Assembly: GCA_964016885.1 (NCBI GenBank)
Contig: OZ024740.1
Coordinates: 393,266,001-393,330,000, forward strand
Length of the DNA: 64,000 nt
Reading direction: 5' to 3'
DNA from: Eledone cirrhosa
Taxonomy: Eukaryota
Position numbers and translations under genes: made by a program. The notes beneath the pieces are model-generated. The model worked only from the letters and a program-made list of their open reading frames with translations, did no database searches and had not been told where the DNA came from. Positions 62,478-64,000 of the stretch are shown here, one piece after another; position 1 is the stretch's first letter; every line of letters begins with the position of its first letter.

Positions 62478-62576
62478 GTATGTATATATACATATATATA
62501 CATATGTATGTATATATACATATATATACATATGTATGTGTATATATATATATGTGTATGAATGTATATGTATATA

Positions 62577-62609
<33 letters not shown>

Positions 62610-62626
62610 GTAAGTATGTATGTGTA

Positions 62627-63016
62627 TCATCACCATCATCATCATCATCATTTTACGTCCGCTTTTCCCTGCTTGCAAGGGTGGGACGGGAACTGATTCT
62701 GGCTTGATTTCTACAGCTGGATGCCCTTCCTAACACCAACCACATTTACAGTGAGTGCTTTTTTTTTTCCGTGGTGCCTACATGTCCAGTTTACAGTGTG
62801 GGCTGGGTGCTTTTTTGCCGTGGCACCTCCCCGACCACTTTGCAGTGGAATGATAGGGAACCCAGTCCTATCATCTCATTTTTACAGCTGAGTAAACTGG
62901 AGCAATGTGAAATAAAGTGTCTTGCTCAAGGAAACAACACATCACCCGGTCTGAGAATTGAACTCATAACCTTTGGATTGCAAGGCCAATGCTCTAACCA
63001 CTAAACCATGTGATCC
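62627..63016 (-). mobile_element. CORE-type SINE with RTE-like tail (longer variant)
   Basis: Reverse complement of the 24091-24433 family with one extra internal unit. Embedded in TA-rich microsatellites. Confidence 0.88.
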
Positions 63017-63162
63017 AGGTGTATGTGTATATATATATATATAATATAAATATGTATGTATATATGTATGTTTGTATGTATATATATATATATATATATA
63101 AATATGTATGTATATATGTATGTTTGTATGTATATATATATATATATATATAAATATGTATG

Positions 63163-63196
<34 letters not shown>

Positions 63197-63220
63197 TATA
63201 TATATATATATATATATTAT

Positions 63221-63825
63221 GTCAGGTCACCAGTTGGTGCTACTGGTAACATGTATCCCAGTACAACCTGTCTCATGGTCGGGTCGTTGGCGACTAAACT
63301 GGCAACCCCACCAAGGTTTCTTGGTGAGGAGGGTGACTTTGGACATCCTGCAGGACTAAAAACAAAACCTGTCAAAGGGAAAAAGAGCTCTTAAGAGTCA
63401 ATGGCCATCCAAAATCACCGGGAGAGATGACCCCTTCGCCTTTGTCAAGGCAGAATTCTAGGAGAAGGAAAACTCTGATATAACACCTGCAACTCTGATG
63501 GTATCCAATGATGTTGAGATGTTCTTCTTTTTGGTAAATATCAACTTGGTTAAGAGAGTGGGACTGGCTTTGTGCAGTGCCTTTGCTCACTATAAAAGCT
63601 TCACGGCACAGGCATTGCTTTATATCTGGAGATCTCTCTGCACTTGTCGTCACATGGTACCATGGGCCCAGCACTATGTATCAATAATTGTCACAAGTGT
63701 AGTGTTTGTACCAGAGTTTTCAAGTCGCTGGCTGGACTAAAAAGTCACACTCGTTCAGCGCATCGGTAGGAGTTCTACATGGATATAAAGTAGTAGCCGT
63801 ACTCGAAAACGAGTTGGCAGCCACC
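63221..63825 (+). mobile_element. Bipartite non-autonomous RTE-like element (5' UTR fused to ORF2 3' end with C2H2 finger)
   Basis: RTE 5' UTR-type motif CTAGGAGAAGGAAAACTCTGA at 63458-63478. C-terminal CSVCTRVFKSLAGLKSHTRSAHR* at 63698-63769. (TA)n on both sides. Confidence 0.65.
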
Positions 63826-63857
<32 letters not shown>

Positions 63858-63921
63858 GTATGTGTATATATATATATATATATGTGTATGTATATATGTA
63901 TGTATGTATATATATATATAT

Positions 63922-64000
63922 CATCATCATCATCATCGTTTAACGTCCATCTTCCACGCTTGCATGGGTTTGGACGGGAATTTTCCCACTTGAGGCAAGA
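63922..64000 (-). mobile_element. 3' terminus of another RTE family A copy (continues beyond window)
   Basis: (CAT)n CGTTTAACGTCCATCTTCCACGCTTGCATGGGTTTGGACGGG, as at 4784 and 40689. Confidence 0.85.

Overview
AT-rich, microsatellite-dense eukaryotic DNA. The repeat content resembles a coleoid cephalopod such as Octopus (inference, not verified). I found no supportable host gene; the window is almost entirely mobile-element debris. It contains: (i) 5'-truncated RTE-clade LINEs of several families, one with an open 822-codon ORF2 (APE C-terminus, RT, internal PHD-type finger), plus a CORE-type tRNA SINE sharing their 3' end; (ii) many Meta-domain-like tRNA SINEs whose TSDs end in ATAAT; (iii) Tx1/L1-, CRE- and CR1-like relics, a deleted Helitron, and piggyBac/hAT MITEs; (iv) two decayed Penelope-like (PLE) coding remnants. 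The most striking signal is invisible in the ORF track: at least five sequence-unrelated, non-coding fold-back elements (6.5, 16.0, 23.8, 39.5 and 45.1 kb). Each sits in (TA)n, has a type I hammerhead ribozyme motif in both inverted arms, and carries an unpaired tail on one side. There are also solo or decayed hammerheads, and two unusual cores (CUGCUGA, CUGAAUGA). These are best read as PLE pseudo-LTR ends, but their diversity, core variants, shared tail hairpin and an associated inverted duplication of flanking DNA deserve follow-up. All folds and boundaries were read by eye.
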